A stretch of DNA of 48,767 nt from an uncultured Nitrospiraceae bacterium (GCA_947085205.1 CAMTVO010000015.1:1-48767), one strand, 5' to 3'; positions 29,814 through 40,037 are shown, counted from the stretch's first letter. Program-made: numbers and translations. The notes: generated by a model from the sequence alone, not told the origin.

Positions 29814-30920
29814 TGTATAAGTTCACTACATATGAGACAAAACCGAGGAGTATTTTGTATCAATAATGCCATTGTTTTTGAGAAATTGCAATGGGGTTAT
29901 TTTACCCAGAGAGTGATGTGGTCTGATGCAGTTGTAAGTATGTTCCCATTGCCTCAACTGTCTGTTCAGTTCTGACACTGTCCATGAGCAGTCGTTGACT
30001 TCATAAAACTCTTCAGTATGTGTTCTATTAGCTCTTTCTACAGAGCCATTGAGTTTTGGGCTTTTAGGCGGCAGGACAAACAGCCTTATGCCTTTATCCT
30101 TACATGCATTCTCAAAGTCAGCGCAAAACTCACTTCCCCCGTCAACCTGTATTGCTTTTATTTTAAACGGCATCCTTCTCTGCATAGTCTCGATAAACTC
30201 CTTGGCAGTTTTAGCTGTTGCTCTGCTTCTTGCCTCTATCACATCCCATTTTGATATAACATCCCTTGATGTGAACTGTTTAAAGACTATGCCGGGCAAT
30301 GGTCTTATATCAAGGGTATCTACTTGCACAAGGTCACCAGGACCCTTAGGTATATACTCCTTTGGTTTCCTTATGGCATATGGTCTTTGTATTTTTCTTT
30401 TTGCTGAAATGGCTCTTCTTTGAGGCTCTATTAAATCTCCTCGTTTTTTAAGATGCGAAATTATGCGGCCAACTGTTGATTCTGATGTCTGAAATCCTTG
30501 TGCTTGAATCAATGGGAAAAGCTTTTCTTTTCCCCAACGAGGATACTGCTGCCTGAGTTCTTTAACTGCTATGATTAGTTCATGTGGCCACTTGGGTTTT
30601 CTCAGCTTTTTCGGTCTGCGTGATTTGTCTTTAAGCGTTGTAATATCCATAGGGTCAAATCGCTTGAGCCATCTGTAAAATGTTGCCCTGCTCATTTCAA
30701 AGGTCTTACAAACAAGTTCTACATCTTCTGTTTTTTTATAAAGCCTTATTGTTCTTAGTCTGTCCTGTTCCTTTTGTGTGAGTTCAGGCGGTGCATTCTT
30801 ATTAAGCCTGTGAAATCCTTTCGCTATGCTGAATACTTTCATTGAGGGGCTACTCCTTTTCTTAAAAGTTACCCCTCTTTTATAACCTATTTTTGTCTCA
30901 CATGTTTATGAACTTATTCA
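29814..30920 (-). mobile_element. IS481-family insertion sequence
   Basis: Imperfect TIRs TGTATAAGTTCACTACATATGAGACAAAA / TGAATAAGTTCATAAACATGTGAGACAAAA flank the transposase; no obvious target duplication. Confidence 0.85.
29826..30842 (-). CDS. IS481-family DDE transposase
   Basis: HTH SRATFYRWLKRF; VQVDT, QVDGGSEF, NGSVERANRT, YNCIRPHHSL. Confidence 0.92.
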   Translation of the reverse strand: MKVFSIAKGFHRLNKNAPPELTQKEQDRLRTIRLYKKTEDVELVCKTFEMSRATFYRWLKRFDPMDITTLKDKSRRPKKLRKPKWPHELIIAVKELRQQYPRWGKEKLFPLIQAQGFQTSESTVGRIISHLKKRGDLIEPQRRAISAKRKIQRPYAIRKPKEYIPKGPGDLVQVDTLDIRPLPGIVFKQFTSRDVISKWDVIEARSRATAKTAKEFIETMQRRMPFKIKAIQVDGGSEFCADFENACKDKGIRLFVLPPKSPKLNGSVERANRTHTEEFYEVNDCSWTVSELNRQLRQWEHTYNCIRPHHSLGKITPLQFLKNNGIIDTKYSSVLSHM

Positions 30921-30951
30921 GAAAATAGGATGTGTCCCTAATTACTAATTA

Positions 30952-31011
30952 CTAACTCTGCATGCCCAAACCTGCAAGCAAGGCGCTTCTTATCGTTTCA
31001 AAAAGCGTCAT
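30952..31011 (-). pseudogene. 5' remnant of a phasin-like gene
   Basis: GGAGG RBS, then MTLFETIRSALLAGLGMQ followed by an abrupt stop; LLAGLG is typical of phasin/PHA-granule family starts. Confidence 0.55.
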
Positions 31012-31029
31012 AAATACCTCCCTCTTCAT

Positions 31030-31167
31030 AAGTGTCAGTAATTAGTGTCGGTGTCAGTCTCTTACAGTTTCAGTTTTTAGTGTCTGTGTCAGTGACAAAT
31101 TTTACTGACACTAACCACTGACACTGAATACTGATTTGCTGACACTGTTCACTGACGACTGTTCACT
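31030..31167. repeat. TGTCAG-repeat hairpin element, copy 2
   Basis: Closely similar to 17231-17327, with a longer right arm. Confidence 0.85.
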
Positions 31168-31178
31168 GCCTTTTTGAT

Positions 31179-31217
31179 TATATCGTACACAGCTTCAAGC
31201 GCCTTGTCCAGTTTTGC
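31179..31217 (-). repeat. Duplicated alaS 3' end (left island boundary)
   Basis: 38/39 bp identical to 43339-43377; encodes AKLDKALEAVYDI, then IKKAVNSRQ*. Confidence 0.92.
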
Positions 31218-31365
31218 AAGCTCTTTTTCTCCAGCCCTTGCAATATTAGACGTGCGTCGCCTTAAACAATACGGAAAGGTTCTTTATATCAAGAAGCGCA
31301 GAAGGCATAGAGAGGATGATAAGTTGTAGCTATTGCAATTTTGGGACAGCCTGTTTTTTGCCTTT

Positions 31366-32379
31366 TTAAAACCCTAATTCCTTTTCCAGAGATCCCTGTT
31401 CTTTCTTGAACTTCTCTTTCCTCTGCCCTTCTGTCTGCTCTTTTTTCTTTTCTGCTGTCCCGCTTAACTCCTCTACCTTTGCATCATTTCCCACAGCCTG
31501 ATAATATTTCAGCGCCCTTTCCAGTTTGCCCTTTCTGGCATGTGCATCTCCCAGTTCATTTCCCCTGGCTTTGACAGATTTTATCCTGCCCTCGTTTTCT
31601 GCTATTTCGTAATAATTCAAAGCATTATTAAGCGCACCCGGATCTTCCTCACCTTTGCCCGTAAAAAATAAGTCTCCTCTCCTTTCAGCCCTGTTACGTG
31701 CATTTCCCATTTTAGTATCATTAAAGAACCAGAACCACTCCTTGGCAGATATAATCGCTATCTGTGACCTTGCAATATAGCCGTCTTCCTTGATCTTACC
31801 GCCAAATACCTTATTCTCCTCCACAAGGTCATTATCCCCTCTGACAGAGGCTATATGTTCAAGGTCTTTTAAATAGCCGTGTGCTTTTTGCCTTCGCTGT
31901 TTATCGTCGCTCACTGCTACAAAAACATCTCCTTTCAGGTTCTTGAAATGACTAATGGCGATGCTGAGTACACCTTTGTTTTTTGGTTTGGCATCTACCC
32001 ATTTCATCATGGTTTTATCCGCCTGATCATAATTCCCTGCTGCTTCATACCATTTAACGGCATTCTCAAAGTCACCCTGCTTTTCTTTTAATTTTGCTAT
32101 TTCATTGGCAAGCCGCTTCGTCTCAGCATCTATCTGGTCAGACATCGCCTTATCGGCTTTGGTAAACCCTTCTCCTATAATACAAAATTCCGAGGCTTTA
32201 CCGGCGGCAGAATATGCCTCTTCCAGTTTTCCGGCGCTTGCAAGAGATTGAGCCCTGCTAAGTTGTGCTGAAGCCTTTGGATGGTCGCAAGAAGTTTTAT
32301 AACCATTTGCAAAAGCAATGTATGCACTGCTTAAAAAGCCTATATACAGAAGCATTGTAAGCGCTAAAATCTTTTTCAT
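31366..32379 (-). CDS. Secreted TPR-like helical repeat protein
   Basis: Signal peptide; A..WYE.AG.Y..A and ALKYYQA helical repeats. Confidence 0.7.
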   Translation of the reverse strand: MKKILALTMLLYIGFLSSAYIAFANGYKTSCDHPKASAQLSRAQSLASAGKLEEAYSAAGKASEFCIIGEGFTKADKAMSDQIDAETKRLANEIAKLKEKQGDFENAVKWYEAAGNYDQADKTMMKWVDAKPKNKGVLSIAISHFKNLKGDVFVAVSDDKQRRQKAHGYLKDLEHIASVRGDNDLVEENKVFGGKIKEDGYIARSQIAIISAKEWFWFFNDTKMGNARNRAERRGDLFFTGKGEEDPGALNNALNYYEIAENEGRIKSVKARGNELGDAHARKGKLERALKYYQAVGNDAKVEELSGTAEKKKEQTEGQRKEKFKKEQGSLEKELGF

Positions 32380-32444
32380 GTTCCCTCCGTCTTTTAATTC
32401 ACTTCATTATTTATATATTACATTCCTCCCCTCTGACTGAGGCA

Positions 32445-33152
32445 TTACCATGGAAGTTTGGGCAGACTGAGACCTTTCTTTTTCGGTTTTTCTTTGGATT
32501 CCGGTTGCGTCTCTTCCGGCGTCTCTGCACGTGGCGTAGTCCCACCTATTCCAAAGGGCATTGACATCTTTGAATAGCCTGCCGGAATTTCAAAAAGATT
32601 CGGGTCCTGTTTGCCGATTTTAAGGTTTGTGAGTTCTGTCTTAATCCTCGTTTTTGAATTTTTATCCACAGCAATCACCTCCATCTTAACCATAATCCCT
32701 TCCTTTGTTGTCCACCAGAACCCTCCCATTTTGCTGCCGTCTTTTTTGCTCGTCATAATAAGTTTGCTCTTGGTAGTTCTTATGCCGTTGACAACATCTT
32801 CTCCGACCACTGTCTCCTCAATCTTGTATTCTGAAAGGTCTTCAGCGCCTTTATCACCTTCTGTTATCTTCATCTCCATATACATCAGCGCATCCGGCAT
32901 AAGCGTCCATATTACCTTTTTATCGCTGCGTGTAATCATGGTCATCTTCTCTCCACCCACTTCCTGCTCCCTTCGTTCTTTATCCGGTGCATAATAGATT
33001 TTAGCCTTTAGAGCTATTACCTCGGTCTCCATGTAACTGTCTGCTGAATATTCAACCCTTGGCAGTTGATATTCCTTTCCCGAGGCGAATACATCACCCT
33101 GATAAAGTAATGCGACCAAAAATCCCGCTAATGTTGCAACAAATACCTTCAT
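32445..33152 (-). CDS. Secreted DUF4412-like (LolA-fold-like) protein
   Basis: Signal peptide; EYSAD, ITRSDKKVIW.LMP, LTNLKIGKQDPNLFEIPAGY. Confidence 0.7.
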   Translation of the reverse strand: MKVFVATLAGFLVALLYQGDVFASGKEYQLPRVEYSADSYMETEVIALKAKIYYAPDKERREQEVGGEKMTMITRSDKKVIWTLMPDALMYMEMKITEGDKGAEDLSEYKIEETVVGEDVVNGIRTTKSKLIMTSKKDGSKMGGFWWTTKEGIMVKMEVIAVDKNSKTRIKTELTNLKIGKQDPNLFEIPAGYSKMSMPFGIGGTTPRAETPEETQPESKEKPKKKGLSLPKLPW

Positions 33153-33348
33153 TGTAACCTCCTCCTAATGTATTTTATTGCTTTTATCTCAAATCATGAT
33201 AGTTTACAGTAATCTTAGCCCTGTATCCCGCAGTTTCAAGTTCTTTCAGGCATTTAACCCATATATCTCATGAGTCCTTTGCCATCCATTCCTTCGCGGC
33301 CTCCGTCATTCCTTTATAAGACTCCTGTTGAATATGCTGCTATCGCAA

Positions 33349-33594
33349 TCAATGGTAGTGCCCCGGACACTGTTTGCCGGGACACGCCCAGTCCTCGCTG
33401 TCGGCAGTGCCCGGCACCCATTGCCATCCAACGTTGTATGCGTTAAATTCAGTGTCTGGCACTTTATCATGAAGAAATTCCGGCCTGCCGGGACACGAAT
33501 ATCTCGACTCGTAATCGCATCCGGCAGTGTTTTTCTCCACCCAGTCAGGCACTAAATCAGCATCTTTGTCTTTGAGGCAGTCATAGTTTGACAT
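33349..33594 (-). CDS. Small Cys/Asp/Trp-rich hypothetical protein with a DxDxDxVPDxVE motif (possibly a remnant)
   Basis: RBS AAGGGGG then ATG 33594; 81 aa, 5 Cys, DKDADLVPDWVE. Confidence 0.5.
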   Translation of the reverse strand: MSNYDCLKDKDADLVPDWVEKNTAGCDYESRYSCPGRPEFLHDKVPDTEFNAYNVGWQWVPGTADSEDWACPGKQCPGHYH

Positions 33595-33616
33595 ATTAGC
33601 GCCCCCTTTCTTCTTT

Positions 33617-35317
33617 CTATTGTAATTTAACAAGCTTTATGCGGATTTTGATAGTTCCATTAAACCACTCAAATTCCTTATCAGCGGCATCAATATTCCG
33701 GTTTTGAATAGGCATGGTAAACAAATGATAATACTCTCCATCTACTTCTTCACTAGGAATGTTTAATGCCATGCTGTTTGTGCCTATTACAGGCCAGCTA
33801 AACTTTATTTTGCCATATTTATTAGCATATTGCTCATTTTTAGCCCCAAGGCCACTAATTAAAAAATCTACTGTCTTTTTATCGCATGGATCAAAATTCC
33901 TCACAGCAACCTTAACAGGAAAACTCTTCGTTACCAAAACATTGTCATTAAGATGTTTCTCATCTTTAAAAGAAACATATTTTATAATTCCTTCTCCGCC
34001 AATACCATGAGATATTGTTTTATCAAGCGGTATTTCACCTTTTAGCACATAATTTTGCGTGCCATCTGTTATTGAATAGTTCGCCTCGTATATAAGTTTG
34101 AATTTTAACAGTTCATCAAGGTTTTTGGGGTCAGCCAGAAAGTGATCACTCCCCATGAAATGTAAGCTGCGACCGAGTGAAATAACTGCTGAATATGCCG
34201 AATAGTCATGCTTTACCTTCAGTTCATTCAAATAATAGTCTGCATTTTTTTGTGCCCAGGAATACAAGCGGTGATCATTTGCCTCCGGAGCTTCCACCCC
34301 GAATACCGATGCTGATCTCCAATAACTCATAACCGTTCTGCTCACTGCTATAAATTTATCAGGTTGAGGGTAATATGTTTTTATCAGAAAGTCAATTTTT
34401 TGCAGTCTCCGTTTTGCCAAATACTCCATTAACTGCAGCGAATCATCATTAATTTTGAAACTGTGTTTAGATAATATATATCCAAGTGTTCTAATCCGGG
34501 ATATCAGGACATTCTCATGCTCCCCGAATTCCTCCATATATTTCGCTACCTGCTTTTCTGCCTCTTCCCAATCCTTTTCTGTTTTACAGTTTAAGGTGAT
34601 TGATGGAGGAGGGGGTATGACAAGAGGTTGTTTTAAGAGTTCTTTTACTGCATTTCTGGCCTCTTCATAGACACGTGTCATATTTAATGCCCACTCGATA
34701 AAATTCGGGTCTTTCCCTATCTCGGAGTCTTTGCTGTTTTCAAAAATGTCTGCAAAGAATGCAGTACTGAAATGGAATATCTTTGAGTGTACGCCTTCTT
34801 GTGAGAAATCCATCATTGCATAATCAATATCTCTTCCAGTATTCTTACCGGTAAGCATCAACCCTTGTTTGTTTCCGGGCATTGATACAGATAAATTGGC
34901 AGGTGTTAAAAATCTAAGACCGCTTGGCTCCATCCTTACGCCGCTGGTTATTTTTCCAATAGAAGTATCACCTCTGATGTTTGTCAGCGGAGTAAGTATA
35001 ATCTTGGTTTTTTCCATAAGAGCCTTACCTGGAAGGGTAAGTGTCCAGACCGCCCCGTTTGCATCGGTTACCTTCAGGCTTATTTCGGTTCCGTCGGCAG
35101 GAAACACCTTGGATATACTTTTCTCCTCGTCGACGTCAGCCTTTACATCACCAATTGATGCAGGTGGTGTTTTAAAACTATTTAATGGACCGTCTGCTAA
35201 TTTGACTTTTTCACCGAATACCAATCCTGTTATATCTTTATTTCCACGCCATATAAAAAACGATATCAATACAAGGGCAATCAATATAAGAAATACCAGA
35301 CCTCTTTTAATAGCCAT
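33617..35317 (-). CDS. Membrane-anchored/exported protein with an N-terminal beta domain (ZU5-like)
   Basis: N-terminal TM; TLTLPGKAL..TKIILTP, MEPSGLRFLTPA, IFHFS motifs; AT-rich. Confidence 0.65.
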   Translation of the reverse strand: MAIKRGLVFLILIALVLISFFIWRGNKDITGLVFGEKVKLADGPLNSFKTPPASIGDVKADVDEEKSISKVFPADGTEISLKVTDANGAVWTLTLPGKALMEKTKIILTPLTNIRGDTSIGKITSGVRMEPSGLRFLTPANLSVSMPGNKQGLMLTGKNTGRDIDYAMMDFSQEGVHSKIFHFSTAFFADIFENSKDSEIGKDPNFIEWALNMTRVYEEARNAVKELLKQPLVIPPPPSITLNCKTEKDWEEAEKQVAKYMEEFGEHENVLISRIRTLGYILSKHSFKINDDSLQLMEYLAKRRLQKIDFLIKTYYPQPDKFIAVSRTVMSYWRSASVFGVEAPEANDHRLYSWAQKNADYYLNELKVKHDYSAYSAVISLGRSLHFMGSDHFLADPKNLDELLKFKLIYEANYSITDGTQNYVLKGEIPLDKTISHGIGGEGIIKYVSFKDEKHLNDNVLVTKSFPVKVAVRNFDPCDKKTVDFLISGLGAKNEQYANKYGKIKFSWPVIGTNSMALNIPSEEVDGEYYHLFTMPIQNRNIDAADKEFEWFNGTIKIRIKLVKLQ

Positions 35318-35382
35318 TTTTCATCCTCCCTATTTGCAAATATTACTTTTTAAGGGTCTTCAGGAAAGTGAGTTTAATATTT

Positions 35383-35443
35383 AATGGGACGGTTCTATTT
35401 ATTATTTTCTTGTATTTCTTCATTTTAATAGAACCGTCCCATT
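35383..35443. repeat. REPIN-like inverted doublet of the GGGACGGTTCT motif
   Basis: 17-bp perfect IR AATGGGACGGTTCTATT / AATAGAACCGTCCCATT. Confidence 0.85.
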
Positions 35444-35538
35444 TATCTGTTTACATTTATCTGTTTACTTTTGTCCTCCTAATGTATTTTACAAGCATTA
35501 TCTTTGAAATATGGGCGCATATTGGCAAACATCGTTCC

Positions 35539-35991
35539 CTATTTCTTCGTTTGCATTATGATAATTACCACATCCTTCATCAGCGCCTTGCCGGTATTGT
35601 CAGGATACCACGGGGTGTAAATGTTGACGAACAGCCCCTCGCCGGCATTGGCGCATTGCATGCCGGGCGCGCAGAACATGGCAGATTTTGGATTTTCATC
35701 AACTTTAATGGCTTCTACCGCCTTTTGCGTCTTGAAGAACTCTACCACCTTTTTATAATCATCGCCCGTGCGATAGCAAAACGCTTCTGTTTTGAGAGGC
35801 GTTTTAATAACGTTTTTCAGTGTTGTCTTCATTATTTGCTCTGTCCCTTTTTTAAACTCCTTGCATAATAATTCCGTTGACTTGTCTGTCTTTGCGCCCG
35901 GATATACCTTAATGCCGAAATGCTCCTGTGCTGATGCAACGCCTGCCAAAAACAAAACAAACATAAAGCCTGTAAAAATCTTTCTCGCCAT
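35539..35991 (-). CDS. Secreted hypothetical protein
   Basis: Signal peptide (ASA-Q); GIKVYPGAK and T.DDYKKVVEFF motifs; 4 Cys. Confidence 0.7.
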   Translation of the reverse strand: MARKIFTGFMFVLFLAGVASAQEHFGIKVYPGAKTDKSTELLCKEFKKGTEQIMKTTLKNVIKTPLKTEAFCYRTGDDYKKVVEFFKTQKAVEAIKVDENPKSAMFCAPGMQCANAGEGLFVNIYTPWYPDNTGKALMKDVVIIIMQTKK

Positions 35992-36070
35992 TTTCATTCC
36001 TCCCTTTGTCATCTAAAACTGCCGTTTACCTGCTCTTTTCAATCATGCCATCTTTCACATTGACCGTATC

Positions 36071-36373
36071 TTATTTGTGCCCCCATATGTCCCCTGTCAT
36101 CGCCTTTTCAACTATGCCGTCTTTCACATTTACCGTATCCCCTGCCTTAATACCGCCTGCATCCTTTACATCCAATGTTCTCTCTCTGCCTGCATCGTCT
36201 TTTACTGTGATTGTATTGCCTTTCACGCCTGTAACCTTCCCATTAATGATAATAATGCCTTTCTCACTGCCTTTTGACATTCCCTTTGCCTTGCCGCTGT
36301 CCTGCGCAAAAGATGATGAAACACCTAAAACCAAACATACTGCCAGCGCTGCTGAAATAAGTTTTTTGAACAT
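36071..36373 (-). CDS. Small secreted beta-rich (OB-fold-like) protein
   Basis: Signal peptide; GKVTGVKGNTITVKD...IKAGDTVNV. Confidence 0.65.
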   Translation of the reverse strand: MFKKLISAALAVCLVLGVSSSFAQDSGKAKGMSKGSEKGIIIINGKVTGVKGNTITVKDDAGRERTLDVKDAGGIKAGDTVNVKDGIVEKAMTGDIWGHK

Positions 36374-36421
36374 AGTTGCCTCCATGAAAAATATTATATT
36401 CACGCCGACAAAGTCAGCGCG

Positions 36422-37135
36422 TCATTCCTTCGCCCCCGCCTGTTTCTTCATCTCTTCCATTTCCTTCATGGCTTCTTCCACCTGCTTTTGCATTTCCCTG
36501 TTCGCTTTTTCAGACTGATCCGCCTGTTTCAGTATTGTCTTTACTGCTTCTTCAGCCTCTTTCTGGAACTTTGTCGCATCTCTCATGAGTTTTTTGGATG
36601 CAAATTCTCCGCTCAGGCTCAAAAATGCAAAGACCGCTCCTATGATGCCGAACACAAGCCATGCCTTCTGAGAGGCAATCCTGTGGACCTCCATGCTTGC
36701 GATAACAAGATAGAATGTCATCAGTGCAATACCCGCCACTCCGCCGAGATATGGAACAAGCCCTAAAACTGTTGTAATCGGCGTCAATGCAGAGATATAC
36801 GCCCCGCACCGGTAAGCTGTTTCGTATGATTCCTGAGAGCCCATAACCTTCCATATCACATAAAGGATGGCCGCTCCTATAAACCCGAATATGGCAATCA
36901 TCACAGGCATTATGATTATTGATGCAATTCCGCCTGCTACGCCTGCCGCTATATTCAGCCCAATAATGCTGAATACGCTCTGTATCAAACCACTGACAAC
37001 ACCCATGACCACCATAAACACCAGCGGCTCAATAAATCCGCCGGTCTTCGGCATCTCCCTGAAAAACTGCGCCGGAGACGTCAATACCTTAACTGCCGTC
37101 TGCGGTATTTCCGCAAAATTGATTCCCTTCTCCAT
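36422..37135 (-). CDS. Yip1 family membrane protein with coiled-coil tail
   Basis: VLTSPAQFFREM, five TM helices, SYETAYR. Confidence 0.82.
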   Translation of the reverse strand: MEKGINFAEIPQTAVKVLTSPAQFFREMPKTGGFIEPLVFMVVMGVVSGLIQSVFSIIGLNIAAGVAGGIASIIIMPVMIAIFGFIGAAILYVIWKVMGSQESYETAYRCGAYISALTPITTVLGLVPYLGGVAGIALMTFYLVIASMEVHRIASQKAWLVFGIIGAVFAFLSLSGEFASKKLMRDATKFQKEAEEAVKTILKQADQSEKANREMQKQVEEAMKEMEEMKKQAGAKE

Positions 37136-37147
37136 TTTGTTCCTCCC

Positions 37148-38488
37148 CTACTTTATTTTTACGAACTCAACACGGCGGTTGTTCGCCCTGCCTTCGGATG
37201 TGTCGTTCTTATCCATAGGCTTGTCCTGTCCCCAGCCTTTCGCTGTGAGCCTGTCTGCTGCTAGGCCCTTGCTTTCCAGCCATGCCTTCACTGCTTGCGC
37301 GCGCTTTTCTGACAAAGGCTGATTTATGGCTGTCCCGCCCTGATTGTCCGTATGCCCTTCAATGGAAAACTTCAATGAAGGGTCGTCCTGAAGCAGTTTT
37401 AATATCATTTTCAGCGTCGGCAGGGATTCTGGCTTTATCCTGTCGGAGCCGGTGTCAAACAATATTCCGTGGGTTACGATTTTGCCGTCAGTGTCAAGGG
37501 CGGATTTGATGTCCTTGCCCCCTTCGGCTACACGGAAATTGGTTATCATAATGTCTTCGGCAGGATGGTACCCATAATTGCCCATCCCTATACCAATATA
37601 TTTTACAGGCCTGACTATGGCGTCAGGGTCATTGATTACCCTTTCATGGTCTATATATGCCTTTACAAAGGCGCCGTTGACGCTTATTGAAATGCGATGC
37701 ACCTTCTGGTCTCTTTTTTCAAGCTGGGTCTCTGTATACAGGCTGTTTGCTCCCCGTCCTGATAGTGCAATAATGCCCGCTTCCTTTCTAAAACCTATAC
37801 TCACAGGAGCAGACACACCGCGTGTTTTTTCATTGTACATGGCGACGCTATAGACATAATCATAATTGTGGTACTTTTTGTCTGTTTTACCGAGTAAAGC
37901 GTCGAATTCAATGGTAAATTTTTCAGGCATGTCCTTTGGTATATTGAGCCTTACATCGGCAGCGGAAGGTCCCTGGCTTCCCCCTTGGTCGGTAGATGAC
38001 GGCACACTGCGCATAAACCTTCTGCCCTGATACCCCACCACCTCAACGCCGTTTCTACTCTCGATGCCCGGTCCAGATCTCCCTTTCAGCTTCCATTTGC
38101 GGGGAAACTCTCCGACATCGGTATCGCTGAAGTCATCGTAGAAAATGATCTTGTCGCCGGGGATGAAGTCGTATTTGTTGTAAATCTGCTCTGAAGCAAT
38201 CAAGTCTTTACTTTCTGACGCAGCCGCAGAAGCGCTTTCTGAAGAACCGGCAGGCTTTGAAGAGGGTTTATCTCGTGCAGGCTCTTTCACCGGTTCTTTC
38301 TGCGCATCTCCTTTTACCGAATCCTTTACTCCCTCTTTGCCGGCGTCATATGTGCTGTCTACAGCCTCGTTTATCGCCCTCTCTCCTGTGCGCTCCAATG
38401 CCCGCTCAACAGCTCTTTGAAGCCAGCTCGCATGAACTGAAGACACGCTAATCATTACTGCCAAAACCATAACAATCAACCTGAACAT
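37148..38488 (-). CDS. OmpA family protein (exported, C-terminal peptidoglycan-binding domain)
   Basis: YDFIPGDKIIFYDDF; ILFDTGS, IEGHTD, LSEKRAQAV, NNRRVEF. Confidence 0.9.
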   Translation of the reverse strand: MFRLIVMVLAVMISVSSVHASWLQRAVERALERTGERAINEAVDSTYDAGKEGVKDSVKGDAQKEPVKEPARDKPSSKPAGSSESASAAASESKDLIASEQIYNKYDFIPGDKIIFYDDFSDTDVGEFPRKWKLKGRSGPGIESRNGVEVVGYQGRRFMRSVPSSTDQGGSQGPSAADVRLNIPKDMPEKFTIEFDALLGKTDKKYHNYDYVYSVAMYNEKTRGVSAPVSIGFRKEAGIIALSGRGANSLYTETQLEKRDQKVHRISISVNGAFVKAYIDHERVINDPDAIVRPVKYIGIGMGNYGYHPAEDIMITNFRVAEGGKDIKSALDTDGKIVTHGILFDTGSDRIKPESLPTLKMILKLLQDDPSLKFSIEGHTDNQGGTAINQPLSEKRAQAVKAWLESKGLAADRLTAKGWGQDKPMDKNDTSEGRANNRRVEFVKIK

Positions 38489-38509
38489 ATCATAGCCTCC
38501 TTTTGCAAA

Positions 38510-39850
38510 TTATTTTTTGCCTGCTGGTATCATAAACATATCCGCAATTTTGTTCCAGTCAACCGCACGGATAAGCTCAACCTGTTTTTGTGTAGCAAGG
38601 TCCGGCTGGCGGCTGCGCTCCTGCGCTTCTTTTATGCTCTGTTCATAGCCCACGAATCTTCTTAGTATGATTACCTGAATAGCGCTTTTGGGAAGTGTTG
38701 AATCAAAGAAACCGGGATTGGGGCTTACCAGCATCCTTGCTCCCGGAGCATCCGTATCAACAAGACAGGACACTGCTTTTACCTCACTATCACAACTGAG
38801 TTCTTCACTGTAATAAGCAGGCGCAGCGCGTTCGGAAGGAGAGAGGGAATCAAGTTCTTCTTTAAGCATTCTCAACCGTTCTACTCCTAGCAGCATGAGA
38901 ATCTTCGGTTTGTTTTCCTTCACTGCACGCTCTCTTGTCTCTGACTCATGTTTTTTCATCCTTTCTTCATGAGCACGCCAGTTTTCCTGCATGTCTCTTT
39001 CGCATCGCTCTGCTGCATCTTCTATGGTTTTTTTGTATATTTCCGCTCCGGCAGGGTTAATCGCCTTAAGCTGACTGTAATGCCTTTCCGTTTCTTTTTG
39101 GTCGTTAAGCTCACGGCATCTTTTTTCATCCTCTTTTTTACGCCACTCAATATTTTTCTTACTATCCTCCTCCAATGCCTCAGCCTCACGAATCAAAGCC
39201 TTGATAAACCGTTCCTGACTCACAGGCAGCCATAACGGTTTCGGATTTCTTGTAATAACGATTGTATCGGGTTTATACATGGGAAAGCCTTGAAACTCTC
39301 CTATCTTTTTCGGCTCAAAGAATATGCCCCAGCCATCATCGTATTTGTAGTTAAGCTGGTTTTTCCATGGCGATATGGCCCTAGTTTGCATAAGCTTGCA
39401 GATGTAAGGATACACACCTTCAAGCCAGTTGACATAAATAGGCATGGGCGGACATGTTACGCTTTCAAGCGGTTTCCCGGGCTCAAAAAAATGCCTAAGG
39501 ACATTTGTCAAAATATAGCCTGTAACAGGAAGATACGGCTTCTTCTTCATCTCAAGAAGCTTATACGAATAACCAAACTTAATGCCGCCGCCTATTTTTC
39601 TGCCCACTCCTTTTGGCGCGGTATCTACCTGCTTTATCACATCCGCAACCGCTTTCAGTTTTTTGGAAAGGTCATCCACATCTTTTTTGCTCCAACCGTA
39701 GTCATTGCCATTGCCAAGGTGGTTTGTCATAGACCACGTCCACTTGCCGGGGTTGTCGGGAAGATAAACAATATCTGCAAATACAAAAGCAGGCAGACAC
39801 GCCATAAATATGATGAGAAACAACAACCCTTTTTTGAATTTACCGTTCAT
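38510..39850 (-). CDS. Secreted hypothetical protein with a central coiled coil
   Basis: Signal peptide from ATG 39850; PLWLPVSQERFI, LVSPNPGFFDSTLP. Confidence 0.7.
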   Translation of the reverse strand: MNGKFKKGLLFLIIFMACLPAFVFADIVYLPDNPGKWTWSMTNHLGNGNDYGWSKKDVDDLSKKLKAVADVIKQVDTAPKGVGRKIGGGIKFGYSYKLLEMKKKPYLPVTGYILTNVLRHFFEPGKPLESVTCPPMPIYVNWLEGVYPYICKLMQTRAISPWKNQLNYKYDDGWGIFFEPKKIGEFQGFPMYKPDTIVITRNPKPLWLPVSQERFIKALIREAEALEEDSKKNIEWRKKEDEKRCRELNDQKETERHYSQLKAINPAGAEIYKKTIEDAAERCERDMQENWRAHEERMKKHESETRERAVKENKPKILMLLGVERLRMLKEELDSLSPSERAAPAYYSEELSCDSEVKAVSCLVDTDAPGARMLVSPNPGFFDSTLPKSAIQVIILRRFVGYEQSIKEAQERSRQPDLATQKQVELIRAVDWNKIADMFMIPAGKK

Positions 39851-40037
39851 TTCGATTTTCCTTTTTCCCTTTTCCTTTTCCGCCTGTTTTTCCGCCAAGT
39901 ATGCCGATAAGTTCGTCCGGATTTTTAAACCCTTTTTGTTCGTTAATCCCGACTTTTTCTACAATACCGGCCATGCCGGCGTCCGGATTTTTTTCTTTAC
40001 GCCGATAAATCCTTACGATATAGGTGTCCATAGTCAT
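39840..40037 (-). CDS. Small hypothetical protein downstream of the BTAD regulator
   Basis: MTMDTYIVRIYRR...MAGIVEKVG..KGF..PDELIGIL; overlaps the next gene start. Confidence 0.65.
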   Translation of the reverse strand: MTMDTYIVRIYRRKEKNPDAGMAGIVEKVGINEQKGFKNPDELIGILGGKTGGKGKGKKENRNER

